Part shown: piece by piece, positions 20,719-29,671 of the stretch | Layout: every line of letters starts with the position of its first letter | Position numbering within the stretch: position 1 is the first letter of the stretch | Origin: an uncultured Candidatus Saccharibacteria bacterium | Lineage (GTDB): Bacteria > Patescibacteriota > WWE3 > UBA101185 > UBA10185 | Assembly (NCBI GenBank): GCA_964385105.1 | Contig: CAYLMU010000001.1 | Span: forward strand, 369,936-433,935 | Direction of reading: 5' to 3' | Length of the DNA: 64,000 nt | Position numbers and translations under genes: made by a program | Notes under the pieces: generated by a model | The model's database searches: none | Seen by the model: the letters and a program-made list of their open reading frames with translations, nothing else | What the model was told of the DNA's origin: nothing

Positions 20719-21924
20719 ATGAAAAAGTCTCAAATATATGCTGCCCGAAATAAGAACCCTTCTGCCAAAATTTCGCGCAATACCCGCGAACAACCCGATA
20801 AAGGACTTTTAATTTTAATCGCCGTTTTTTTAGGATTTGGCCTAATTACAATTTACGATGCTACTGCAATACTTGCACAAGACATTTACGGAAATGCTTA
20901 TAGATTTGTGATAATGCAGTTGGCATGGATTATTGTAGGATTATTTGGTTTTTACTTTTTTTTGAATATAAAGCTTGACTTTTTACGGAAAATTTCTGTG
21001 GTGTTGTTTACTATATCTTTGATTTTTTTAGGTACATTGGCACTTTTTGGCGTTTTGCCTTGTTCTGTTGATTTTATATTTGCCCCTTGTATAAACGGTG
21101 CAAACAGATGGTTGTACATAAATCCCCCTCCGCTGCCGGGAATTCCTGTTTTGGGAATATTGGGTTTACAACCTAGCGAATTTGCAAAATTTTCATTAAT
21201 AATATTTTTAGCAGGTGCACTTGAAAAAAGCATAAAATTAAAGCAGGAGCCATTTTGGACTTTTGTGAAAGTTGCAGGCGTTGTGGCCGGATTAATTATG
21301 TTACAGCCTAACATGTCAACTGCAACACTTATTTTTATGGTTGCTGCAACAATGTATTTTGTATCAGGTGCTAATTTAAAACCGCTTTTTTATTCACTTC
21401 CCGTATTTGGTTTATTTGGAGCTTTAGTGATGGTATTTTCACCACATTCACGCCAAAGAATTTTAACTTTTTTGGCTTTAAACAGTGAAGCAGAGCAAAC
21501 GACCGGATACCACATAAAACAAATTTTAATTGCTTTGGGTTCTGGAGGCATATTTGGAGTGGGGTTTGGTCAATCACGTCAAAAATTTCAATACTTGCCC
21601 GAAGTCTTTGCCGATTCTATTTTTGCGATAATAGGCGAAGAATTGGGTTTTTTAGGAACCTCATTTTTACTCATTTTGTTTACATTACTGATTTACAAAG
21701 GTTACTCAATCGCAAAAGATACCCCAAGTTTGTACGGCAAGCTTCTTGCAGTTGGTATAACTACATGGATTTCTATTCAAACATTTGTAAACATAGGTGC
21801 TATGACCAAAGTAATTCCTCTAACCGGAATTCCGCTTCCTTTAATTTCTTATGGAGGGTCTTCGTTGGTGTTTATTTTGATGGGTTTGGGTGTTTTGGCT
21901 AATGTTTCGAAGAAATCAGCATAA
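20719..21924 (+). CDS. ftsW: SEDS family glycosyltransferase FtsW
   Basis: NGANRW, QPSEFAK, LPE..ADSIFAIIGEELG, TGIPLPLISYGGSS; dcw context. Confidence 0.9.
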   Translation: MKKSQIYAARNKNPSAKISRNTREQPDKGLLILIAVFLGFGLITIYDATAILAQDIYGNAYRFVIMQLAWIIVGLFGFYFFLNIKLDFLRKISVVLFTISLIFLGTLALFGVLPCSVDFIFAPCINGANRWLYINPPPLPGIPVLGILGLQPSEFAKFSLIIFLAGALEKSIKLKQEPFWTFVKVAGVVAGLIMLQPNMSTATLIFMVAATMYFVSGANLKPLFYSLPVFGLFGALVMVFSPHSRQRILTFLALNSEAEQTTGYHIKQILIALGSGGIFGVGFGQSRQKFQYLPEVFADSIFAIIGEELGFLGTSFLLILFTLLIYKGYSIAKDTPSLYGKLLAVGITTWISIQTFVNIGAMTKVIPLTGIPLPLISYGGSSLVFILMGLGVLANVSKKSA

Positions 21925-21954
21925 ACTATAACTTATTAGTGTAAAATTTGAGAT

Positions 21955-23055
21955 ATGAAACTCGTTATAACCGGTGGGCATCATAGTTCTGCACTCCCGG
22001 TAATTAAAAAACTGCGTGAGAAAAAGCCCGATGTTGAAATATCTTGGTTTGGGCATAAGCACACTTTAAAAGGTAGTTCATCAGAAACACTTGAATTTAA
22101 GGAAATCTCAGAATTAAATATCCCTTTTTATGACCTAAAGGCCGGAAAGCTTTATAAAACATTTGATCCGGTGAGGTTGGCAAAAGTTCCGTTTGGCGTT
22201 GTTCATGCAGTTTTTTTGTTAAATAAAATAAAACCGGATTTAATTTTGTCATTTGGTGGTTATTTGGCCGCTCCTACTGTTATTGCCGGATGGTTGCTTG
22301 GTGTACCTTCTTTAACTCATGAGCAAACAGTTACTGCGGGCTATTCAAATAAATTAATTGCGCGTTTTGCAAAAAAAATTCTTGTGTCGTGGCCCCAGTC
22401 TGCACAGTATTACCCGAGTGAGAAAGTGGTGAATACGGGAATTCCCTTGAGACAAGAGATTTACAACACGCAAAGTAATAATTTTGAAATAAATTTAAAT
22501 TTACCAACTGTTTACATTACAGGGGGTAAAACCGGGTCTCATAAAATAAATCTTGCCGTTTTAAATGCATTAGAAGAATTGTTGATGGTAAGTAATGTTA
22601 TTCATCAAACAGGCGCGCATTCGGAATTTAAAGATATTGATGCATTAAGAGAAAAATATAAAAAAATAGAATCCAAGGTTAAAGGAAGGTATATTGCCCA
22701 AGAATTTATATTGGGTAATGAGGTGGGTGAAGCGTATAAAAAAGCTGATGTTGTTGTTTCAAGGTCGGGGGCGCACACAATTGCTGAGATATTGGCGCTT
22801 GAAAAACCTGCAGTTTTAATTCCTATACCATGGGTATCGCATAATGAACAAATGGAAAATTCAAAAATTGTTGAAAAAGCAGGTTTGGGAACTATTTTAG
22901 AAGAAAAAAATTTAAGCGGTGAAAATTTGTTTAAGTCAATAAACGAGGTACTGGGCAATAAACAAGAATATATATTAAAAAATCAGAGTTTTAAACAAGC
23001 TATCGCCTTAGATTCTGCAGAACTTATAGTAGATGAAATCCTTAAGTTTGAATAA
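21955..23055 (+). CDS. murG: Lipid I N-acetylglucosaminyltransferase
   Basis: TGGH, FGGY, HEQT, GIPLR, SRSGAHT..E; dcw context. Confidence 0.9.
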   Translation: MKLVITGGHHSSALPVIKKLREKKPDVEISWFGHKHTLKGSSSETLEFKEISELNIPFYDLKAGKLYKTFDPVRLAKVPFGVVHAVFLLNKIKPDLILSFGGYLAAPTVIAGWLLGVPSLTHEQTVTAGYSNKLIARFAKKILVSWPQSAQYYPSEKVVNTGIPLRQEIYNTQSNNFEINLNLPTVYITGGKTGSHKINLAVLNALEELLMVSNVIHQTGAHSEFKDIDALREKYKKIESKVKGRYIAQEFILGNEVGEAYKKADVVVSRSGAHTIAEILALEKPAVLIPIPWVSHNEQMENSKIVEKAGLGTILEEKNLSGENLFKSINEVLGNKQEYILKNQSFKQAIALDSAELIVDEILKFE

Positions 23056-23058
23056 AAT

Positions 23059-23850
23059 ATGGGCAAAGTTATTTATCACAACACTAAAATACCTCAAAAA
23101 AAGCGCCAGCGGGTTAAAAGCAAAAAAGTGTATATTCGAAAAATTTCGCCTTTTTTGAATTATGCACTAATTGTTACTTTTTTTTCACTTGTAGCTTTTG
23201 GTTTATTCAGACTTAAAAAAACGCAGTATTTTAATGTAAAAGCTATATCAGTAAATGGTACACAAAATTTTGTTAATTCTACTGATTTAAAAACTATGGC
23301 TGAGCAACAGGTGTTAAACAAACCCATATTTAATATTGAATCCGAAAAAATAGAAAGTGTGCTTGAAAGCAGTTTTCAGGGTGCCAAAGACATTCAGGTG
23401 GTGAAAAGCTGGCCTGATAGTATAGAAATTGCCGTTTCAGAGCGAGTGCCATTAGCACTACTAACTAATACAGCCGATTCTGAAAGTTATCTTGTTGATG
23501 AAGATGGTTATGTACTTGGAATTGTTGATGAGAGCAAGACCAATTTGCCCAAAATTAACTATAATGGAAAAATTCACGTTGGAAATTTTATTGATAAAGA
23601 CCTTGTTCCGTTGTATTTAGAACTATTGTCGTCGGTGGATGAACAGGGTTTAAAGGCAAGTTCTGTAAGTGTGAGTGACCACTATATAGATTTTTATCTT
23701 GATAATAAGGTAAATGTTTATATCGGTAAGTCAAAAGACATAAAAAAGTCGGTTATTATAATTTCGGAACTGTTTAATCAGCTTAAGTATGAGGGAAAAG
23801 ATGTTAAGAAAATTGATTTGCGATATGATAAAGTAGTAGTAGAATATTAG
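23059..23850 (+). CDS. ftsQ: Cell division protein FtsQ/DivIB
   Basis: Basic N-terminus, TM, POTRA (K.WPD.I.I.V.ER.P), C-terminal IDLRY; upstream of ftsA. Confidence 0.85.
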   Translation: MGKVIYHNTKIPQKKRQRVKSKKVYIRKISPFLNYALIVTFFSLVAFGLFRLKKTQYFNVKAISVNGTQNFVNSTDLKTMAEQQVLNKPIFNIESEKIESVLESSFQGAKDIQVVKSWPDSIEIAVSERVPLALLTNTADSESYLVDEDGYVLGIVDESKTNLPKINYNGKIHVGNFIDKDLVPLYLELLSSVDEQGLKASSVSVSDHYIDFYLDNKVNVYIGKSKDIKKSVIIISELFNQLKYEGKDVKKIDLRYDKVVVEY

Positions 23851-23860
23851 TTACGTTCTT

Positions 23861-25114
23861 ATGCCCAGAGAAAAAATAATTACAGGAATAGATGTAGGTT
23901 CCACCAAAGTTAGTACAATAATAGCCGCAATTACAGATAACAGGGTTTCTGTTATAGGCGTGTCGGGTAGAACCCCCTCAAATGGTATTAATAGAGGATA
24001 CGTAGTTGATATTGATGATACTGTAGAATCTATTTCAAATAGCTTAGAAAGAGCCGAAAGAATGGCAGGTGTTTCGGTATCCTCGGCTTTTGTAACTGTA
24101 AACGGAAGCCACATTAAGACCCAAAATTCTCACGGTGTTGTTGCCGTTTCACACCAAAATTCAGAAATTTCAACAGAGGATGTTTTTCGTGTCACAGAAG
24201 CCGCACAAGCGGTTTCTTTACCTTCATCAGAAGAAATTATTCATGTAATTCCACGTGACTTTATTGTAGATTCTCAAAGAGGCGTTCGTGACCCGGTTGG
24301 AATGTCGGGTATAAGGCTTGAGGTTGAAACAAATATTATTTACGGCTCGACAACTTCAATGAAAAATTTATCTAAATGTGTACAGCAGGTTGGTGTTGAA
24401 GTGAACGATATGATTTATACCGCGCTCGCATCTGCGGAAGCAGTATTGACCGATACCGAAAAAGAGCTTGGAACATTACTCATCGATATTGGGGGTGGAA
24501 CAACATCATTTATTGCATATTTAGAAGGGAGTCCTTTGTATTCGGGTGTGTTGCCTATTGGAGCTACACATATAACTCATGACTTGGCAATTGGGCTGCG
24601 AACAAGGCTTGAAGAAGCAGAAAAGATAAAACTTAAGTTAAGTAGAGGAAAAAATGCCCTTATGTCAATTGACGCAGACAGTTCTGATGATTATCTCAAC
24701 GTTTCTGAATTTGGTTTGGAAGATGAAGAAATGCCAAAAAAGTTTTTATATGATGTAATAGATGCACGTTTAAATGAAATATTTAAACTGGTTGCACTTG
24801 ACCTTGAAAAAGTAAAATTAACAAACAAATTACCTGCAGGTGCCGTGTTAACCGGCGGCGGTGCTTTAACAGCAGGAGTAGAAAGAAGTGCTAAAAAATC
24901 TTTAAAAATGCCGGTACGCATAGGTTCACCAAAAGGTGTAACGGGGCTGATTGATGAAATTCAAGGCCCTGATTTTGCAGCAACAGTTGGTTCGGTGCTT
25001 TTAGGTATTAAAGCCGTTGAAGCGGGTGCTGTTCTTTCTTCTGATTCGGGAGGGGGAAATATAGTTAGAACAATTGGTGAGGCTATCGGTAAAATAAAAT
25101 CATTCCTGCCCTAG
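23861..25114 (+). CDS. ftsA: Cell division protein FtsA
   Basis: GIDVGSTKV, DIGGGTT, AEKIK, LTGGGA. Confidence 0.96.
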   Translation: MPREKIITGIDVGSTKVSTIIAAITDNRVSVIGVSGRTPSNGINRGYVVDIDDTVESISNSLERAERMAGVSVSSAFVTVNGSHIKTQNSHGVVAVSHQNSEISTEDVFRVTEAAQAVSLPSSEEIIHVIPRDFIVDSQRGVRDPVGMSGIRLEVETNIIYGSTTSMKNLSKCVQQVGVEVNDMIYTALASAEAVLTDTEKELGTLLIDIGGGTTSFIAYLEGSPLYSGVLPIGATHITHDLAIGLRTRLEEAEKIKLKLSRGKNALMSIDADSSDDYLNVSEFGLEDEEMPKKFLYDVIDARLNEIFKLVALDLEKVKLTNKLPAGAVLTGGGALTAGVERSAKKSLKMPVRIGSPKGVTGLIDEIQGPDFAATVGSVLLGIKAVEAGAVLSSDSGGGNIVRTIGEAIGKIKSFLP

Positions 25115-25132
25115 AAAGTAGTAAAATAAACT

Positions 25133-26248
25133 ATGTTCGTAAAACCAGAAATTGAAAGATTTGCGAAAATCCGTGTCGTTGGTGTAGGTGGTGCCGGATG
25201 TAATGTGCTAAATACTTTAATTGATTCTCAGCAAATTGCCGGTGTTGAGTTTATTGCCGTAAATACCGATGCTCAGGCTTTATCTGTGAATAAGGCTTTT
25301 GTAAAAATACCAATCGGTCAGGAACTTACTCATGGTTTAGGAGCGGGTGCAAACCCCACTATAGGTAAAAAAGCCGCTGAAGAATCTATTGAAAGTATAA
25401 GGTCAAATTTGGAAGATTCGGATATGGTTTTTGTTACCGCCGGAATGGGCGGAGGTACAGGTACAGGTGCGGCTCCTGTTATTGCAAAAGTGGCAAAAGA
25501 ATCCGGTGCTCTAACTGTAGGTGTTGTTACAAAACCATTTATTTTTGAGGGCGCTAAAAGGATGGAAAATGCCGAAAAGGGTATCGCCGAACTAAAAAAT
25601 CAAGTAGATGCGTTAATTACTATTCCTAATCAAAAATTGCTTGAAGTTTCAGATAAATTATCTATTGTGGATGCATTCAAGGTATCAGATAGTGTGTTGA
25701 GTCAGGGTGTACAGGGCATCTCAGACCTCATAGTTATGCCCGGATTAATAAATGTAGACTTTGCCGATGTAAAAACAATAATGAAAGACGCCGGCTCTGC
25801 GTTAATGGGCATTGGTATTGGAACAGGTGAAAATCGTGCGGAAGATGCTGCAAGAGCTGCAATTTCATCCCCACTTTTGGATGTATCGATTGCAGGAGCG
25901 ACTGGAATATTATTCAACGTAATTGGTGGAAATGATATTACTATGACCGAAGTTAACCTGGCTGCAAAAGTAATTAGTGAATCCACCAGTTCTGAAGCAA
26001 ATACAATTTTTGGAGTAACAATTGATGAATCTATGAGAGATCAGGTGAAAATTACAGTTATTGCAACAGGTTTTGATCAGGAGAAACAACTGAGATCGCG
26101 ATTAAATTTGCTTTCTGAAGATAGGGTCGATACTCAAACTGAACATGAATCTCAAACCACTGATCAACCAGAAGAAAATGAAGAAGAAAATAAAAAACGT
26201 GATGATAACGATATTTATGATATACCCGCATTTTTAAGAGGAAGATAA
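25133..26248 (+). CDS. ftsZ: Cell division protein FtsZ
   Basis: GGGTGTG tubulin motif, NVDFADV, C-terminal DIPAFLR. Confidence 0.98.
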   Translation: MFVKPEIERFAKIRVVGVGGAGCNVLNTLIDSQQIAGVEFIAVNTDAQALSVNKAFVKIPIGQELTHGLGAGANPTIGKKAAEESIESIRSNLEDSDMVFVTAGMGGGTGTGAAPVIAKVAKESGALTVGVVTKPFIFEGAKRMENAEKGIAELKNQVDALITIPNQKLLEVSDKLSIVDAFKVSDSVLSQGVQGISDLIVMPGLINVDFADVKTIMKDAGSALMGIGIGTGENRAEDAARAAISSPLLDVSIAGATGILFNVIGGNDITMTEVNLAAKVISESTSSEANTIFGVTIDESMRDQVKITVIATGFDQEKQLRSRLNLLSEDRVDTQTEHESQTTDQPEENEEENKKRDDNDIYDIPAFLRGR

Positions 26249-26468
26249 AATATAATTTCGCATTACACAAACAATTTAAATTTTTTGACTCCTTTATTTC
26301 AACCAAAAACAAGCTTACAATAACCGGCATTAGTGGTAACAAAAAAAATTTTCTGATTAGATTGATATACGCTCAAATTGGGCAGCAGTTTATAAAATTC
26401 ACTAATTTCTTAAATCAAGAGTCTTGAAGGCAGTACAAGCCTGTTGATTTGGGAAGTCAGCACAAACC

Positions 26469-28940
26469 ATGAATTGGCTTAAACCTTCAAATTCAGTAGC
26501 TACAACCACATCAGATAAATCTGATACTAAAAACGAGACTAAGCTCAAAAAAGATGAACACATAGAATTGAGCGATAACTCAAGAACTATACTTGAACGT
26601 AGATATTTACGTAAAGGTTCAGACGGATTACCCGCAGAAACCATTGAAGAAATGTTTGAAAGAATAGCAAATGTTGTGGCAGAACCCGATGCACCATACA
26701 GAGACGTAGAAACAAGCAAAATCGAGTTTTACAATCTATTAACTACAAAAAAGTTTTTTCCTAACTCACCGACATTTACCGGCGCGGGTACTCCTTTAGG
26801 GCAATTGGCCGCCTGTTTTGTTCTACCTGTCGAAGATGATTTAGGACGTGAAAGAGCAAGTATTTTTGAGACATTGAGAGTAGCTGCGTTAATTCAACAA
26901 ACCGGCGGTGGTAACGGGTTTTCATTTTCAAGGCTAAGAGGTAAAGGAACTCTTGTATCAAAAAGCGGCGGTAAGGCAACAGGCCCGGTTGGATTTTTGG
27001 AAGCATATGATGCTGCTTTTGGGGTTATAGCTCAAGGTGGTGTTAGACGCGGTGCAAATATGGGCGTATTAAGGGTAGACCATCCCGATATTCGTGAATT
27101 TATTAAATGTAAATCTAGCGAGGGCAAAGTTGCCAACTTTAATATTTCGGTTGCAATAACTGATGAGTTTATGAAAGCCGTTCAAAATGACACAACATAT
27201 AACCTTGTTGACCCACACACTAACGAAGTTGTGGAGTCTCCACAGGCACGGGAAATATTTGAAATGATTGTTAAATACGCACATCACAACGGTGAGCCGG
27301 GAGTATTATTTATTGATGCAGCAAACAGAACTAATCCCGTACCACATTTGTATGAACTTGAAGCAACCAATCCATGCGGCGAGCAGTGGCTTGGACCCTA
27401 TGAAAACTGCTGTTTGGGCTCTGTTAATTTAGCTCAGCACCTTGATGAAAATGGTGAACTTGACTGGGATGAACTCGCCGAAACAATTGAGCTTTCAACC
27501 AGATTTTTAGATAACGTGGTTTCAGCCAATAAATATGTACCCGAAATTCCTGAACTTGAAAATGCAGCTATGAATGTAAGAAGAATTGGGCTTGGATTTA
27601 TGGGACTTGCCGATGTGATGTACTCGTTGGGTATTAGGTATGGAAGCGCTGAAGGCCAGGAGTTTGCAGCCCAGCTATCAGAATTTTTCAGATATCATGC
27701 AATGAAAACTTCAGTTGAACTTGCTGAAGAACGCGGGCCTTTTGTTAAAATCAAAGGAAGCATCTACGACCCTGAAAATTTAAGTTGGGAAGCACCAAAG
27801 CCATTAAAACCATACTCAAAAGATTTTGGCAGACCAAAACTACACTGGGACACAATTGTAGAAGGTATAAGAGAGCATGGAATTAGAAACGGTGCACAAA
27901 CCACAGTTGCTCCAACAGGTACTATTTCTACAGTTGCAGGAATTGAAGGTTATGGTTGTGAGCCTACATTTGCTCTTGCTTATTTACGTAATGTTTATCA
28001 GGCAGCGGGTGATGCAGAAAAGCTTACTTTAACCTATGTTAGTCCGTTATTTGATAAAGCACTCGATACATTAGATCTTGAAGATACAGCCCGAAAAAGA
28101 ATTGTTGATAAAATAGTTGAACGTGGTACATGCCAAAATATTGAAGAACTTCCACAAAAAGTTCGTGATGTGTTTGTTGTTTCGGGTGATATAACTCCCG
28201 AAGAGCACATAAAAATGCAGGGAGCAATTCAAGCATTTATTGATAACTCAATCTCAAAAACATGCAATTTTCCTGAAGGTGCAACCGAAGAAGATGTAGC
28301 TCAGGTTTATATGCAAGGCTGGGAGCTTGGATGCAAGGGATTAACCGTTTACGTTACAGGAAGTCGTGACGAGGTAGTTCTTGAAACAAAAGAAACCCAG
28401 AGTAAAAAAGCACTTGGTGAAATAACACAAGCATCAAAAGCCGGTGGTAAAGAGCGAGGGTATAGACTTTCTGGTAATACCTACAAAATACACACACCAC
28501 AAGGTAAAGCCTTTATCACAGTTAACAAAGATGAAAACGACGAACCATTTGAAGTATTTGTTGGAGTAGGTAAAGCAGGTAGTGATGTAGCAGCTTTGTC
28601 AGAAGCATTAGGAAGACTTTTGTCAGGGTGGCTTAGAGCGTCATACAATCCAGCGCTAACTGCAAAAGAAATAATCTCACAACTAATTGGTATTGGCGGA
28701 GCAAGATCGGTGGGGTTTGGACAAAATAGGGTTTCCTCAATTCCCGATGCTGTTGCAAAAGTATTAGCTGATGAATTTGATATTGCAGTAAAGTCAAACG
28801 GCTCAAATGTTGTGGAAGAAACAAAAAAAGAAATAACAGTATTTTCGCACGTAGATATGTGCCCTGAATGTGGCAATTCGTCATTTATTCAGCAGGAAGG
28901 TTGTGCCAAGTGTTATGAGTGTGGTTATAGTGTTTGTTAG
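26469..28940 (+). CDS. nrdJ: Adenosylcobalamin-dependent (class II) ribonucleotide reductase with fused TSCPD/zinc-ribbon domain
   Basis: PNSPT, ACFVL, RRGANM, TNPCGEQ, APTGTIS, SISKTCN, C-terminal CPECG..CYECG.S.C. Confidence 0.92.
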   Translation: MNWLKPSNSVATTTSDKSDTKNETKLKKDEHIELSDNSRTILERRYLRKGSDGLPAETIEEMFERIANVVAEPDAPYRDVETSKIEFYNLLTTKKFFPNSPTFTGAGTPLGQLAACFVLPVEDDLGRERASIFETLRVAALIQQTGGGNGFSFSRLRGKGTLVSKSGGKATGPVGFLEAYDAAFGVIAQGGVRRGANMGVLRVDHPDIREFIKCKSSEGKVANFNISVAITDEFMKAVQNDTTYNLVDPHTNEVVESPQAREIFEMIVKYAHHNGEPGVLFIDAANRTNPVPHLYELEATNPCGEQWLGPYENCCLGSVNLAQHLDENGELDWDELAETIELSTRFLDNVVSANKYVPEIPELENAAMNVRRIGLGFMGLADVMYSLGIRYGSAEGQEFAAQLSEFFRYHAMKTSVELAEERGPFVKIKGSIYDPENLSWEAPKPLKPYSKDFGRPKLHWDTIVEGIREHGIRNGAQTTVAPTGTISTVAGIEGYGCEPTFALAYLRNVYQAAGDAEKLTLTYVSPLFDKALDTLDLEDTARKRIVDKIVERGTCQNIEELPQKVRDVFVVSGDITPEEHIKMQGAIQAFIDNSISKTCNFPEGATEEDVAQVYMQGWELGCKGLTVYVTGSRDEVVLETKETQSKKALGEITQASKAGGKERGYRLSGNTYKIHTPQGKAFITVNKDENDEPFEVFVGVGKAGSDVAALSEALGRLLSGWLRASYNPALTAKEIISQLIGIGGARSVGFGQNRVSSIPDAVAKVLADEFDIAVKSNGSNVVEETKKEITVFSHVDMCPECGNSSFIQQEGCAKCYECGYSVC

Positions 28941-28967
28941 CGTTCAAATTCTGTGTTAACTTAAATC

Positions 28968-29510
28968 ATGGCTATTTACACAAAAACTGGCGATGAGGGC
29001 GAAACTTCATTACTTGGTAAAAAAAGAGTTTCTAAATCAAATGCCGTTTTTTCACTTTTAGGCACATTTGATGAATTAAATGCAAGTCTTGGGGTAATTA
29101 GCGATACACAACCAAAAACAAAAGAAATCCTAAATAACATTCAAAATGATATTTTTATGCTTGGTTCTATATTGGCAGGTTATAAAGAAAGTGCTGATTT
29201 TGATGTAAAATTAAATAATCGGGTTGAGGAATTTGAAAGTAATATTGATGAGATTAGTACCGAATTGCCCGAACTTACCAATTTCATTTTACCGGGGGGA
29301 TGTGATTCGGCAGCAAAGCTTCATTTTAGCAGGGCGGTTTGCAGAAGGTTAGAAAGAGAAACAGTTGCATTTTTTGAATCAGAGCCTAAAGCAAAGTATA
29401 AAAGTGTGATTTTAAAATATGTGAATCGGCTGTCTGATTTGCTGTTTGTTTTGGCACGATATGAAAATTACAAAAAAGGCGTTCAAGACATAATATGGAA
29501 AGGAAACTAA
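28968..29510 (+). CDS. PduO-type cob(I)alamin adenosyltransferase
   Basis: IYTKTGD.GET, GT.DELNA, FILPGG, RAVCRRLER, YVNRLSD.LF..AR. Confidence 0.93.
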   Translation: MAIYTKTGDEGETSLLGKKRVSKSNAVFSLLGTFDELNASLGVISDTQPKTKEILNNIQNDIFMLGSILAGYKESADFDVKLNNRVEEFESNIDEISTELPELTNFILPGGCDSAAKLHFSRAVCRRLERETVAFFESEPKAKYKSVILKYVNRLSDLLFVLARYENYKKGVQDIIWKGN

Positions 29511-29662
29511 ACTACAAATACTTATTCTTGTTAATATTATTACTATTTTTTGGTGCAGTTGTAACAGGAATCTTAATTTATAGAGCTCATCAAACAGACT
29601 TATTTTTTGAATCGGCTGGAAGTGAATTAACTGGTCAAGAAAATGAAGATATTGTAATATAG
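29495..29662 (+). CDS. Small single-TM protein, 55 aa (not in the ORF track)
   Basis: MERKLNYKYLFLLILLLFFGAVVTGILIYRAHQ...; fills the gap between the adenosyltransferase and ileS. Confidence 0.55.
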   Translation: MERKLNYKYLFLLILLLFFGAVVTGILIYRAHQTDLFFESAGSELTGQENEDIVI

Positions 29663-29671
29663 CTAAATAGT

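Noticed and set aside
26249-26468. Cobalamin riboswitch or NrdR boxes upstream of nrdJ
   Set aside because: Only an isolated GGGAAG; no B12 box and no convincing NrdR palindrome pair.
29511-29671. T-box leader for ileS
   Set aside because: No T-box consensus or terminator; the space is occupied by a small ORF.
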